From: Strigamia acuminata
Taxonomy: Eukaryota
Reading direction: 5' to 3'
Assembly: GCA_949358305.1 (NCBI GenBank)
Contig: OX442314.1
Span: forward strand, 30,380,001 to 30,444,000
DNA length: 64,000 nucleotides
Shown here: piece after piece, positions 11,507 to 21,813 of the stretch
Numbering within the stretch: the first letter of the stretch is position 1
How the letters are laid out: every line of letters starts with the position of its first letter
The notes under the pieces: generated by a model
Databases searched by the model: none
Told to the model about the DNA's origin: nothing
Seen by the model: the letters and a program-made list of their open reading frames with translations, nothing else
Program-made: the position numbers and the translations under genes

Positions 11507-11908
11507 CCAATATCCTCCCAAAGTTGTGGCGGTGCAGACAAAGTCAACCGCAATGCTCAGATCATTCGATTTATCGACGTGCGATGATTTACACAGCGAA
11601 CCAAGGAAACCAGCGAAGCCATATCGGACTCCAGGACACAGCCATCCGGCTTAAGATGACATCTATAATCAGGTCGAGCGATGGGGAAACCGCTCCCATA
11701 TTCCAGACCCGTAGTGATATTATTCTAGGGCCAGTTGGCTAATTCTTTGTATAGTTTAATAGTTGATTTAACTTGCCAAATGTTGGCATTAGTCTTATGT
11801 ATAATTTAGCTCACTGCATATTGTTTGCCAACAATAAACTGTCTTGTATTTATCTCGTATTGTATTCACTGTTTATTTATTGCGATCTCTTCCCGGTACC
11901 ATTGTTAA

Positions 11909-13501
11909 ATGGGAGTTGTGGTCGTCACCGTCACACGCTCACCGTCTCCTGACCCCAGCTCCGACCCCTCATCCAACGACGACAGACGAAAAGAAAAATC
12001 AAATAATCGCCGGAAGAGATCCAACTCTCCGCGCGATAGAGAGAAACGACGTCGATCGGAAAATAGCGACCACCGACGGGAGGAGTTTCAGGACCTTCCC
12101 CGACAAAGCGCGTTTACCGATTCGACGGGTCGGCAGTATACGATGGGAGAGCTTGGAAGAGCCCTACTCGGCTCGTTAAAAGCCGAGGGAATCGATCTGA
12201 GCAAACGAAACGATCGTAATCGTAGCACTGGTGACCGCGTAAAGAAAAAATACGCTGTCTCCCGACGTGACACCATGAGTGTTACCGGGAATATTAGGTG
12301 GCAATTTTATATTCAGAACCGTTTCGACGGGTCATGGAAAGCGGGAGATCGCTTCCTTGACGAAGTAATTCGAATTAAGACTGCCACTAAAGCCACCGTA
12401 GGAGACATGCTCACCCACGGTATTGTCGAGCTAATGACAGGCTCGGCACGTGAGTGGTACCAAGGATTGAAAGGCGTCAATTGGGACGACTTTTTAATGA
12501 GATTCGACCTGCGCTACGGCGAGACACCCGAAGAGGTGAGCCGAAAGATGCGAGGTCTTCGCCAGATGCCTGGTGAAACCATAATGGATTACGACATTCG
12601 CGCCAGATTGTTGTTCGAAAAGGCCCCGATGGAATTTCATGCCACGGGATTCAACCTTTTCTTTCTCGGCGGTTTGTCGGAGTACTCGCAACGGGTGTTA
12701 CTTGAAGAAAGGGCACCGACAGGAGGCAGCTACGAGGAGATGAGCGCCTTCCTGTTCGAGAACACGATAGATATCGAGAAGAGATATTATTCCGCTTTAC
12801 CAGAAGCGGAGAAAGCAGCAACCGCTAAACGTCTCAAGTTGAGTGCGGAAAGATATGGGGCGACAGATAAAATTATGCGCCCTACTGAATATCTTAGCGG
12901 TATAATGGAGCTGGCAGAAGCTAGCGTTGGTTTACAAATAAAAAATAAACTGACATCCACGCTGCCTTCCAACCCTTTGGCCGCCCCTAAAAAGGCACCG
13001 ACAGCGTCAGCAATGCAAGCGACACTGGAGGAGGTCAAGGAGGGGGAGGAAGCCGGACAAGATGCCGGAAAATCAGACGAAAAAGAAGAAAAAGACGATT
13101 ATTCGACGGACGAAGAAATACGAAGCTATCGCGATACCTTATCAACGGGTTGCGATGAGGAAGGACCGCTAGTACATCTCATCCATCGAGATAGAGCGGT
13201 AGAAGAATTTCGCGCCAGGTTAAAACCAAATGCCGGCCGAATTCCGAAGTATTTTCGGAAAAATTACACGCCACCGTCGAAAGCAGACCCTGAAAAGAAA
13301 AAATCGACTGAAGCCCCAAGAGACAAATCAAATATTCGCTGTTTCAAGTGTAACCAACCGGGTCACTATTCCAATGAGTGCCCAAGAACAGCGAAAGAAG
13401 ACGCTAAATTTGACGCAATAATGAAGCAGATGGCAGAGATTAAACTCGCCATGGCAAAAAACGAGTCAAAAAACGAGTCAGCGCAGGCGGCGAAGAAGTA
13501 A
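11909..13501 (+). CDS. gag: Gag of element B
   Basis: 530-aa ATG ORF with RS-rich N-terminus, LMTGSAREWY capsid-like segment and CFKCNQPGHYSNEC knuckle. Confidence 0.92.
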   Translation: MGVVVVTVTRSPSPDPSSDPSSNDDRRKEKSNNRRKRSNSPRDREKRRRSENSDHRREEFQDLPRQSAFTDSTGRQYTMGELGRALLGSLKAEGIDLSKRNDRNRSTGDRVKKKYAVSRRDTMSVTGNIRWQFYIQNRFDGSWKAGDRFLDEVIRIKTATKATVGDMLTHGIVELMTGSAREWYQGLKGVNWDDFLMRFDLRYGETPEEVSRKMRGLRQMPGETIMDYDIRARLLFEKAPMEFHATGFNLFFLGGLSEYSQRVLLEERAPTGGSYEEMSAFLFENTIDIEKRYYSALPEAEKAATAKRLKLSAERYGATDKIMRPTEYLSGIMELAEASVGLQIKNKLTSTLPSNPLAAPKKAPTASAMQATLEEVKEGEEAGQDAGKSDEKEEKDDYSTDEEIRSYRDTLSTGCDEEGPLVHLIHRDRAVEEFRARLKPNAGRIPKYFRKNYTPPSKADPEKKKSTEAPRDKSNIRCFKCNQPGHYSNECPRTAKEDAKFDAIMKQMAEIKLAMAKNESKNESAQAAKK

Positions 13502-13519
13502 TTTCTCGACCGTCTGCGC
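13456..13519 (+). promoter_or_regulatory. -1 frameshift signal of element B with tandem slippery heptamers
   Basis: A AAA AAC at 13456-13462 and 13468-13474, both in gag phase; hairpin GCGCAGGCGG...CCGTCTGCGC (13481-13519); -1 frame open into pol. Confidence 0.85.
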
Positions 13520-13524
13520 CATTC

Positions 13525-16500
13525 ATGAAGAAGAAGGGGTTTAACAAAGGGTTCGATAAGCCGCCACCAGTCAAAGAAATGGGTAGTGAAATAGCCAACG
13601 CCCAAATTCAAGACAGGGCCAACAACGCTTTGCAGGTAATTACCGCAAACGCTGAGGCTGAGGCGGAAGAACCGAACCTACTGCTTGAAGAATTACCTCA
13701 AGTAGTCGAAGACACAGAAGAATTTCGTGTTTTCATGTGCAACGTGGCGGTCGAATACACCAACCGCCTATGCATGTTGCCCATGACAATAGAACGTGAA
13801 AAAATTATGGGACTGCTAGACTCGGGAGCAGATCGTTCGTTCGTTTCCGAAGATATAGTAGAATCATTGGGTCTCACCGATAAAATAAAAGGCGTTAATA
13901 AAAATATACGTCTAAAAACCGCCAACGGAATGGCGCGTCCAAAAGGAGTTATTTTATTGACCATGGAGTGGCTCGGAGGGGTAGAACAGCACCCTTTCCT
14001 GGTCCTGCCCACAAGCGACAGAATTTTTCTGTTGGGCTTAGACCTCATGGCGTCAATGGAAATACAACCAAATCCAATAACGAAATCTTGGAATTATATC
14101 AGAAATGATAAGGAAAGACCCGCAATTGTCGTGCCACCAGCTCTTGTAAAAGAAGCGGCCGACAAGACACAGTGGGAGAAAGGCCTAAAGAAATTCGTTC
14201 AAGACTACGATTTTAAAGCATTCGTAACAGAATTGCAACGGGACAATGTAGTGGAAACGCTTGTCGCCGACGCCGCTTTAGAATTAAACGAAGCGACAGC
14301 CCTACGAAGGGTCCTACTTAAATATGAGGGGATCCTGTCGAAAAAACCGGGCCGAACGAATAGGGCTATTCACGAAATTAAATTGACGGATAATAAACCT
14401 ATACGAGTTGCGTATAAGGGAATGAACCCGCAAAAACGTGAAATAGTGCAAAAAATGTGCCAAGAAATGCTAGACAGTGGCATTGTCTCCGAGGCCCAGG
14501 GAGAATACGCAACGCGAGTTGTGCTCGTGATGCGCCCGGGCTCGGATCCGCGTCTATGCATTGATTACCGCCCATTAAACGCGGTGACAGAGATAGATCC
14601 CATACAGATGCCGTCTATCGAATCCATTTTGAGAGAGCTTAGCCCCTTTTCTTGGGTTACGACGATGGATCTGTCGAAGGGATACTGGCAAGTTGAGATG
14701 AGGCCAGAGGATAAGCTAAAAACAGCATTTTACTCGCCAATTGGACGGTTGATGTTCAACGTCATGCCATTTGGTTTAGTGAATGCTCCCAGTACCTTTC
14801 AGAGACTAATCGAGAGCGTATTGGGCGATATATTGCACCAGTTTGTGTGGGCATACCTAGATGACATAGTTATTGCCTCCAAAACATTCAAAGAGCACAT
14901 TGAGCACATCGACCAAGTGCTCACCCGGCTGGCGAAAGCTGGGTTACACGTTCACCCGGGCAAGAGCAAGTTCTGTCGAAAGGAGCTTGCCTTCCTGGGT
15001 TATCGCATTGGAGTCAATGGTTTAGCTATTGGCCCCGAAAAAATCGATGCGATTAATCGTTTCCCACCACCCGAGGACGTTAAAGGTGTCCAACGGTTTA
15101 TGGGAATGATAAACTTCTTCGGCAGGTTGCTACCGGGTCTAGCTGAAGTGGCAGCCCCAGTTACCGACCTCCTGAAGAATGAAAACGAATTTGTATGGTC
15201 AAATGAGTGCAACATCGCATTTAATGCAATAAAGAGGATGCTGACGGAAGTCGGCGTAATGCCTCTACCCGACCTAAACCGGCCGTTCATATTACATACG
15301 GACGCCAGCAGAGTTGGGTTGGGAGCCGCGTTGCTTCAAACACACGTGCGCGACGGAGTCGAACAAGACCTGCCGTGCATGTTTATAAGTCGCAAACTCC
15401 AAGGCGCTGAAAAAAATTACAACGCCACAGAGTTGGAGTGTTTGGCAGTTGTGTGGGCCATAAGGAAATTCAGAGATTATCTCGAATATACCAAATTTGT
15501 GGTCCACACAGATCATCAAGCGTTACAATGGCTGATGAAATTAAAGGAGCCAGCCGGTCGACTAGCCAGATGGCAGTTAGAACTAATGGCATGCGACTTG
15601 ACCATTCAATACAAGCCCGGCAAATATAACGTCGTGGCTGACGCTCTGTCACGGGCACCAGTGTCAGATCCAATCGACGCTGACGATGATGGCGAGGATG
15701 ACTCCCGCATCATTTATTGCCCTACGAGTTGTCACCGTTGGGATTTAAGGAAGATGAATGAAATTCCCACCGCGTCTCCGGCAGATGTAAAATTCTGTGG
15801 ATTTTGGACGCGGTTATACCAACCAGCTGCTGACAATTACTCAAATGCAAAGAAGGAATTTAAGCTAGAGCGGAGAATAAATGACCCGCTTCTAAGCGCC
15901 TTCCACGCTCATGTCGGCAAGCAGATGCAAAGCAATCCCCCGACAAGGGAGGAAATAATTGTGCAACAAAAATTAGACAAAAAATGTCAGGACAGAGCTA
16001 GATTCGTACTGACAGGAAAATATCCGCCCAATCTGACCAGAAGGCAGAAGCGTCGTTATGCGCACGAATCCATAGATTACCTATTGGATGACGGCCTTTT
16101 GGTGAAGCATCACCCAAATCACCAAGATGACTTGAGTGAATCGGACACCGCAGTAAAGGTAGTAATACCTGCTTCCTTAATCGGTCGCGTGCTGTGGTTG
16201 TTACACGGGCACCCGCTTGCGAGCCATGCGGGAGTAAGCAGAACACTCTATCGGGCTACACAGCTTTTTCACTGGACAGGGATGAAAAAAGATATTGCTC
16301 TTTTTGTCCACCAATGTCAGCGATGCCAAGCGTGCAAGCCGAGGAGTAAATCACCATTCGAAACTATTTTCTTAGGGCCTTACGCGCCTTTTGATTGTTT
16401 AAGTGTCGATGTGATGGGCCCAAAACCTGTTACGGGAAATAAAAATGCGTACATTATCGTAATAATGGACGTGGCAACTCGTTGGCCCGAGTTGTACGCC

Positions 16501-17439
16501 GTCGCTAGACCTTCAGCAGAGAAAATCGTTGAATGTATCTACGACGTGGCGTTACGTTACGGATTTCCACGTAAAATAATATCCGATAACGGACCCCAAT
16601 TTATCTCGAAAATTTGGGGTAAGTTTTGTGAGAAATTCGGGATTGTGGCGTCACATACTTCGACCTACAATCCCAGAACAAATCCCGTTGAGCGACTCAA
16701 CAGGGACATTAAATATGCACTAAGCATATTCACTGACATCCACAATAGGTGGGATGAATACTTGAGGGAGATCGCGTTCAGCATACGAACAACAGTCTCG
16801 AGGACGAGAGATTTTTCTCCGGCCTACCTCAACTTCGCCCGAGAGCTACGAGTGCCTTGGGACCCACGAGTGGCAGAGTCGGTAAATGTGGTGGACCCAG
16901 AGAAACCACATGAGTATGTGTATAAATTGGAGCAGACAATTTCAAACACATACAAGCATATGATGGCGCACATTTTTAACATGCGCGACCGCATTTTACA
17001 AGATAAAAGCGGTAGAAAATTTGTGAATTTCGAGATCAATGATTTGGTGTGGAAAGATGCACACACCCTCTCAAATGCAGCGAGAGGAATCACCGCCAGC
17101 TTGGCCGACAAGAGAGACGGTCCGTATGTGATCATCGGCAAGCATGGCGGTAACGCGTATAAATTACGCAAGCTCGAGGACAACACCGAGCAAAAGTCGA
17201 TCCAGGTACGAGAGTTAACTCCGTACATTCCGGAATTCCCGCAAGAAATGTGGGCCAAGGGCCAAGTCAAGTCTAAAACTGACGGTCAAATCGTCGATAT
17301 GTTCGCTGGCGAGTCGGAAAAAGCACCGCCAAGTGACAACGAGGAGTATTTCGACGCCCCTCCACCTCCGGTAAACGAGATAGTTGAATCCGTTCCGGAT
17401 CCAATCTTGGTCGGGGGGGGAAACAGGAGAAACTCCTGA
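13525..17439 (+). CDS. pol: Pol polyprotein of element B (entered by frameshift near 13470)
   Basis: 1304-aa uninterrupted ORF: LLDSGA, YLDD, TDAS, HHCC, integrase core with SDNG, GPY motif. Confidence 0.95.
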   Translation: MKKKGFNKGFDKPPPVKEMGSEIANAQIQDRANNALQVITANAEAEAEEPNLLLEELPQVVEDTEEFRVFMCNVAVEYTNRLCMLPMTIEREKIMGLLDSGADRSFVSEDIVESLGLTDKIKGVNKNIRLKTANGMARPKGVILLTMEWLGGVEQHPFLVLPTSDRIFLLGLDLMASMEIQPNPITKSWNYIRNDKERPAIVVPPALVKEAADKTQWEKGLKKFVQDYDFKAFVTELQRDNVVETLVADAALELNEATALRRVLLKYEGILSKKPGRTNRAIHEIKLTDNKPIRVAYKGMNPQKREIVQKMCQEMLDSGIVSEAQGEYATRVVLVMRPGSDPRLCIDYRPLNAVTEIDPIQMPSIESILRELSPFSWVTTMDLSKGYWQVEMRPEDKLKTAFYSPIGRLMFNVMPFGLVNAPSTFQRLIESVLGDILHQFVWAYLDDIVIASKTFKEHIEHIDQVLTRLAKAGLHVHPGKSKFCRKELAFLGYRIGVNGLAIGPEKIDAINRFPPPEDVKGVQRFMGMINFFGRLLPGLAEVAAPVTDLLKNENEFVWSNECNIAFNAIKRMLTEVGVMPLPDLNRPFILHTDASRVGLGAALLQTHVRDGVEQDLPCMFISRKLQGAEKNYNATELECLAVVWAIRKFRDYLEYTKFVVHTDHQALQWLMKLKEPAGRLARWQLELMACDLTIQYKPGKYNVVADALSRAPVSDPIDADDDGEDDSRIIYCPTSCHRWDLRKMNEIPTASPADVKFCGFWTRLYQPAADNYSNAKKEFKLERRINDPLLSAFHAHVGKQMQSNPPTREEIIVQQKLDKKCQDRARFVLTGKYPPNLTRRQKRRYAHESIDYLLDDGLLVKHHPNHQDDLSESDTAVKVVIPASLIGRVLWLLHGHPLASHAGVSRTLYRATQLFHWTGMKKDIALFVHQCQRCQACKPRSKSPFETIFLGPYAPFDCLSVDVMGPKPVTGNKNAYIIVIMDVATRWPELYAVARPSAEKIVECIYDVALRYGFPRKIISDNGPQFISKIWGKFCEKFGIVASHTSTYNPRTNPVERLNRDIKYALSIFTDIHNRWDEYLREIAFSIRTTVSRTRDFSPAYLNFARELRVPWDPRVAESVNVVDPEKPHEYVYKLEQTISNTYKHMMAHIFNMRDRILQDKSGRKFVNFEINDLVWKDAHTLSNAARGITASLADKRDGPYVIIGKHGGNAYKLRKLEDNTEQKSIQVRELTPYIPEFPQEMWAKGQVKSKTDGQIVDMFAGESEKAPPSDNEEYFDAPPPPVNEIVESVPDPILVGGGNRRNS

Positions 17440-17745
17440 AACAAACAACACAAAAAACACGGATAAAAAAGAAAGAAATAAAGAGGGGGTACAGACACAA
17501 AAAATAAAAAATATCGTACCTGCCTCGATCCGTAACCTGCGACCAAAAAGAGATAATCCGTTTATAAAAGGCGGAAAGGTCGTAGGAAAGAAATAAAATA
17601 AATTACGAGTCAATGGCGGCACTAAAAATAAATTTTAATCGACCGATAGTGCAAGCCATCACGTTGCGAGACTCAAAGAAAATTTCGCGAAGTCAACAAG
17701 CGAATATCGGTCCAATTCGCGTCAATAGATGGCGTGGAAACGCGG

Positions 17746-17860
17746 GACCCGTAGCAAAATTATCGGCACGGGTCGGATACCGCGTGCAAAAGACCCCGTA
17801 GCAGCAATCGCGCACGGGAGTGAGAACAAAGGAGACCCGTAGCGTAACATGCGCACGGGT
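17746..17860 (+). repeat. Three tandem stem-loops CCCGT-A-GC-(loop)-GC-ACGGG
   Basis: Units at 17746-17774, 17795-17818 and 17835-17860 with conserved complementary arms and variable loops. Confidence 0.8.
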
Positions 17861-18080
17861 GGGTGCGCACTAGTCTCAAACACCCGGGTTCTGGAGTATA
17901 TTACCCAGAATCCATCGCGATTACCTCGTGTTCACAAGGACTTCCGCTTTTCACAGCTGATCGCTGCATTCGTGCGTGATCCTCGTTTTAACATTTTTTA
18001 TCGAGTTTTACCGAGTTTTTGAGATAGTTTTATCATCCATTTGTAATCGTGATTGAGCTTTTTTGTGCGCGCTCCTCGCC

Positions 18081-21000
18081 ATGGACGAGGAAGAGAACGA
18101 CGTGCTTGCCATCGAGCACGAGGACGAGAACTGGGACCACGATGTGAACCAAGTGCCACCCGATCAGGTAGAAGTCGGCCTCGGCGCATGAGAATTATTT
18201 CCATGCTGCTGAAGAAGAAATTTTGTTGACTAATACCTGACATGAGTGCTTTGCACTCGCAATAGCGTTTAATTAATTATTAACCGCGATCGCTCACACG
18301 ATCGTATTTTTTCTTGTTAATTTGTTTTCGGGATGCGATCGCAGACATCACGTCGCCTCGCGTCTCGAAAATTCCTCATGACATGAGTCACGAGCGAGAC
18401 AATGGGCTCGAGCCATAAATAATTTTATGACAAGGGGAGAATATTCTGTAAAAGAATATTTTTCTCCACAAGTAATTTGACGCATCAAATTGATGCAACT
18501 TAACATTCGTACGATGAATTTTTCGATGTGTTAGATAAATTTAATTTGACTTTAATTTTTCTTTAAAAATTAGACAAAGTCCGACTTCGGAATAATTCTT
18601 TATTAGGTTTATTTGTTTAATACAATTTCGACAAGCACATTTATTGTGCAAGTTTAGTAATAATTTACACCCGACGAATTCTTTTTACGAATGACTGATA
18701 ATTATTAATTTAATTATTAGTAATGTTCTAATTAACGTTAGAATTAATTTTAAGTAAAATCTGATGATAAAAATCCGGATTAAAGGCTCGATTCCGTCTC
18801 GCTGTGCGTTTTGGACGTGAGACAGATTTTTACGTGATGACTTCTCTTTTTCTATCCGACGAGGGACAATTCGTCCTACGTTCGCACCGATAGACAGGAA
18901 TCGGTCTCGACGGGCGGTTGCACGTATCAGCAACGTCCCTCGAAACCAACCATTTATCTACGTATTTAAATATTAACTTTTTATTAATTGTTTATTTCTC
19001 CATCCTTCCAGATGGCATTACGTAGAACATGGGGACCATTAGACCCCGCTTGCATCACTCGTGGCGGGATATTTCGAGGCGCGCTGCCCGATTTTTACCG
19101 ACGATGTTTCGGCGAAGACGCCGATCCTTGGCGCCTGCGAATACTACATTCCCGATGCATCGCCCGACGTTGGGTACGAGACTGCACGCTCCTGGATACG
19201 TTCCCGGAGAGAATGCGCGAAGGCATCGCCACAGAGTTAGCTCGTGACGATGATCCGAAATCGCCAATTTTTCACCCCGGATTGTCAAGTCAGTACACTG
19301 GCAACCCGGCGGAGGAACACGTGCTGCATGCGTGGCGAGCAGCCGAGACAGAAGAGGCCCGTGAGGCCATCTATCAGCACTATAGACAACAGCTGGTGGA
19401 TACCGCTGCGGCAGTGGCCGAGCGCATCCTCCAAAACGAGGGGATGACCGCGGATGATATTCATCTGTGGTTTGAGAGGCTGCGATTGGGGGAGAGTACG
19501 CCCCAGTGGAGACCTCGGATGGGAATATTAACGTCCCAGGCCGAGATGTGGCAGCTCCACTACCTGGGGATTTTGGGGCCCAAGAGCAGCTACCCGCGGA
19601 AGCGCAAGCGCTCCAAAGGCGCCGGGAACAGCCAGTCGCGTTCCCCGGTGACAACCAAGAAGCAGCGTGTCGCTCAAAACACGACTGAAAGCAACGAAGC
19701 CGGGCCATCCACTAGTACAGTGCGTGACCCTTCGCAGTATTCCCGACCGCGAATTTTCGTAAACCGTCAGATTAAAGACGGTAAGGAGTACAAAGAGGTC
19801 TGGATGTCTGGTGACGAAGAGCGCGTCTCTCGTCCCAGCACTTCTAGACGTCCGCTGACTCATCGCGAGCAGCGGAAAAAAGATCGCAAGGAGCGATACT
19901 TCGCGAGATGCGAAGCGCGGGGCCGTCCCATCCCCGAACCCGCCTACGTCTCCAAGAGAGCGGGTCGACGAGGTGGTAGCCAGTCAGGTGAGCGAAACGT
20001 CCCAGCGGCAGATACGCGGGACCTTCGCGAGATTCTGACGCAGATGAAGCGGACGAAACTGACACGTTTCGATCCCGCGATGAAACACGCCAGGAAGATG
20101 GGTGTTGTCACCAACGGAAAGGTGACCCCACACGAGGTGGCAAGGTGGCTCGCAGACTACATAAATTCGCAACCACGACCCGATGGCATGCCAACCGCCA
20201 TCGTGCAGCCCTCAGGCTCCGAACAACCTCTCCCGGCGCCCCAAGTTGCAATGACTGGGGTGTAGACGACGGAGACGCCACCACCGCCGACGCAGCCGCC
20301 ACCACCGCTGCCGGCGCCGACGCTGCCGACCAAGACGCAGCCGCCTCCGGACCTGCCGCCACCGTCGTTGTTGAATTCGAGCGATCCGCCGGATTTACGC
20401 ACCGACCGCTCAGTCCCTCTCCCCGTTGGACAGAGCATTACGCAGGAATGTCGAGCCAATTTGACCGGCATTTACAGGCCGAGCCGACCCCGACCCGGTT
20501 CCTCGGCCCTGTTTTTCGAGAGGCGAGACGAAGAAGCGCGACTCGCGAGAGAAGCCGCCAACCCGACTATCTCCGAGCTCTCAGCGTTTCGCTTCGTGAT
20601 GGAAGACCCAAGAGTCTCCGCGCCCGCCTTGCGAGGTGTGGATCAGGCCCAGCAATATTTCATCGAATGGGCAACGGCGATGATGAGTAAGCTCTCGTGT
20701 GCCTTCACTGCGGATTCGGAGCGATCGAATCCAGTGAATCGTCGCAGCCTACAGCTATCATTGACCAAGGTCATGATGCAGCTGCTAACCCCAGCACTCT
20801 TCGGAGAAGGGCGTCAGGCGATGGCCGCATGGTCTGTCGTGGACAGAGAGGGTGTACAGGTTCCCCGTGCACTCCTCGCAGAGTGGAGTTCCATTCTGCC
20901 CGACCCTGTGTTGACTCGGTACGAGCTAACCAGGGATGTGGTAAACCCCGAATTTGAGGGGTACAAGTTGCGGAGCACAGCGTTTCGGTACACCTCCGCC

Positions 21001-21777
21001 ACCTGGACAGCGGCGCCTACCCAACAACTGCGCGCCATGACCATCCAGACGGAAGAATCGGCAGAGGATGTGGAGATGGTGATCTCGCCGACGAGCGGAG
21101 TTCCGATTCCGCCACCGATGCCTGCGGAGATGTCCCCGCAAGGACCCGCCCTGTACGAAGTGGCGGGTAGACCAAAGCGCCTGCTGTGCCGAACACCACC
21201 TGTCAGATCCGTCGAGCAAACGAAGCCGACACCGCCCGTGACTCCACCGGCGCAAGCGGCGACAACGACACAAGCCGTGATTCCCGCGGCCACCCAGAAG
21301 CCAAAGCCGGCACCGCCTCCACCAGACTATTACGGGCGAATCATCGAAGAGTTTCCCCATCTTTCGATGACGACGGCGACCAGGAGGTTTATCCTCGCGC
21401 AGCGGGACAAAGGCAAATCGGTCTTCATCTGGCTTCACAACCAGATCCGGAAGACTAAGGACCTCATCTTCCACCAGAGGTTGCTGAGAGCCCACCGTGC
21501 ACCAGTGACGCCAGCGGAAGCCAATGCCATCCGGCATACGAACACCGGCTTCTCCGCCTACATCCCGAGCGTTTGGTTGCACGAAAGGACGCGTGCCCCG
21601 CATGAGCCAGTTGACGGCCATGCATTATGCTTCATTACGGAGCATGAGGACCCCCGCGATCGGTCCTCGGCGCTAGTAGGCGATCTACCCGCGCCACCCG
21701 GCACTCAACCGCCTGTCCCTGGAGTGAGTTACGCCCAGGTGACGGACTCAGTGTCGGGTCCCCCAGGAAAGAAGTGA
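18081..21777 (+). CDS. ORF3 of element B: predicted spliced accessory protein (exon 18081-18167 plus 19012-21777) with one internal TAG at 20263-20265
   Basis: GCCATGG start, 29 codons, CAG|GTAGAA donor; pyrimidine tract CCTTCCAG|ATG acceptor in phase 0. Track ORFs 18988-20265 and 20368-21777 share a frame and are separated by a single stop. Confidence 0.7.
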
Positions 21778-21813
21778 TCGCTCAGCCCCACGGTCTGAGC
21801 TCGGAGGGGGACG

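Noticed and set aside
11527..11545. TGGCGGTGCAG as primer binding site of element B
   Set aside because: Not adjacent to a B LTR and not recognisably complementary to a tRNA 3' end.
17746..17860. CRISPR-like array
   Set aside because: Eukaryotic context, only three units, variation lies inside the hairpin loops, and no cas genes.
19055..21621. Overlapping and antisense ORFs within ORF3-B
   Set aside because: Expected shadows of GC-rich coding sequence; no independent motifs.
7965..21777. Calling either ORF3 an env gene
   Set aside because: No signal peptide or transmembrane anchor seen; composition is basic, Pro/Ser-rich and nuclear-like.
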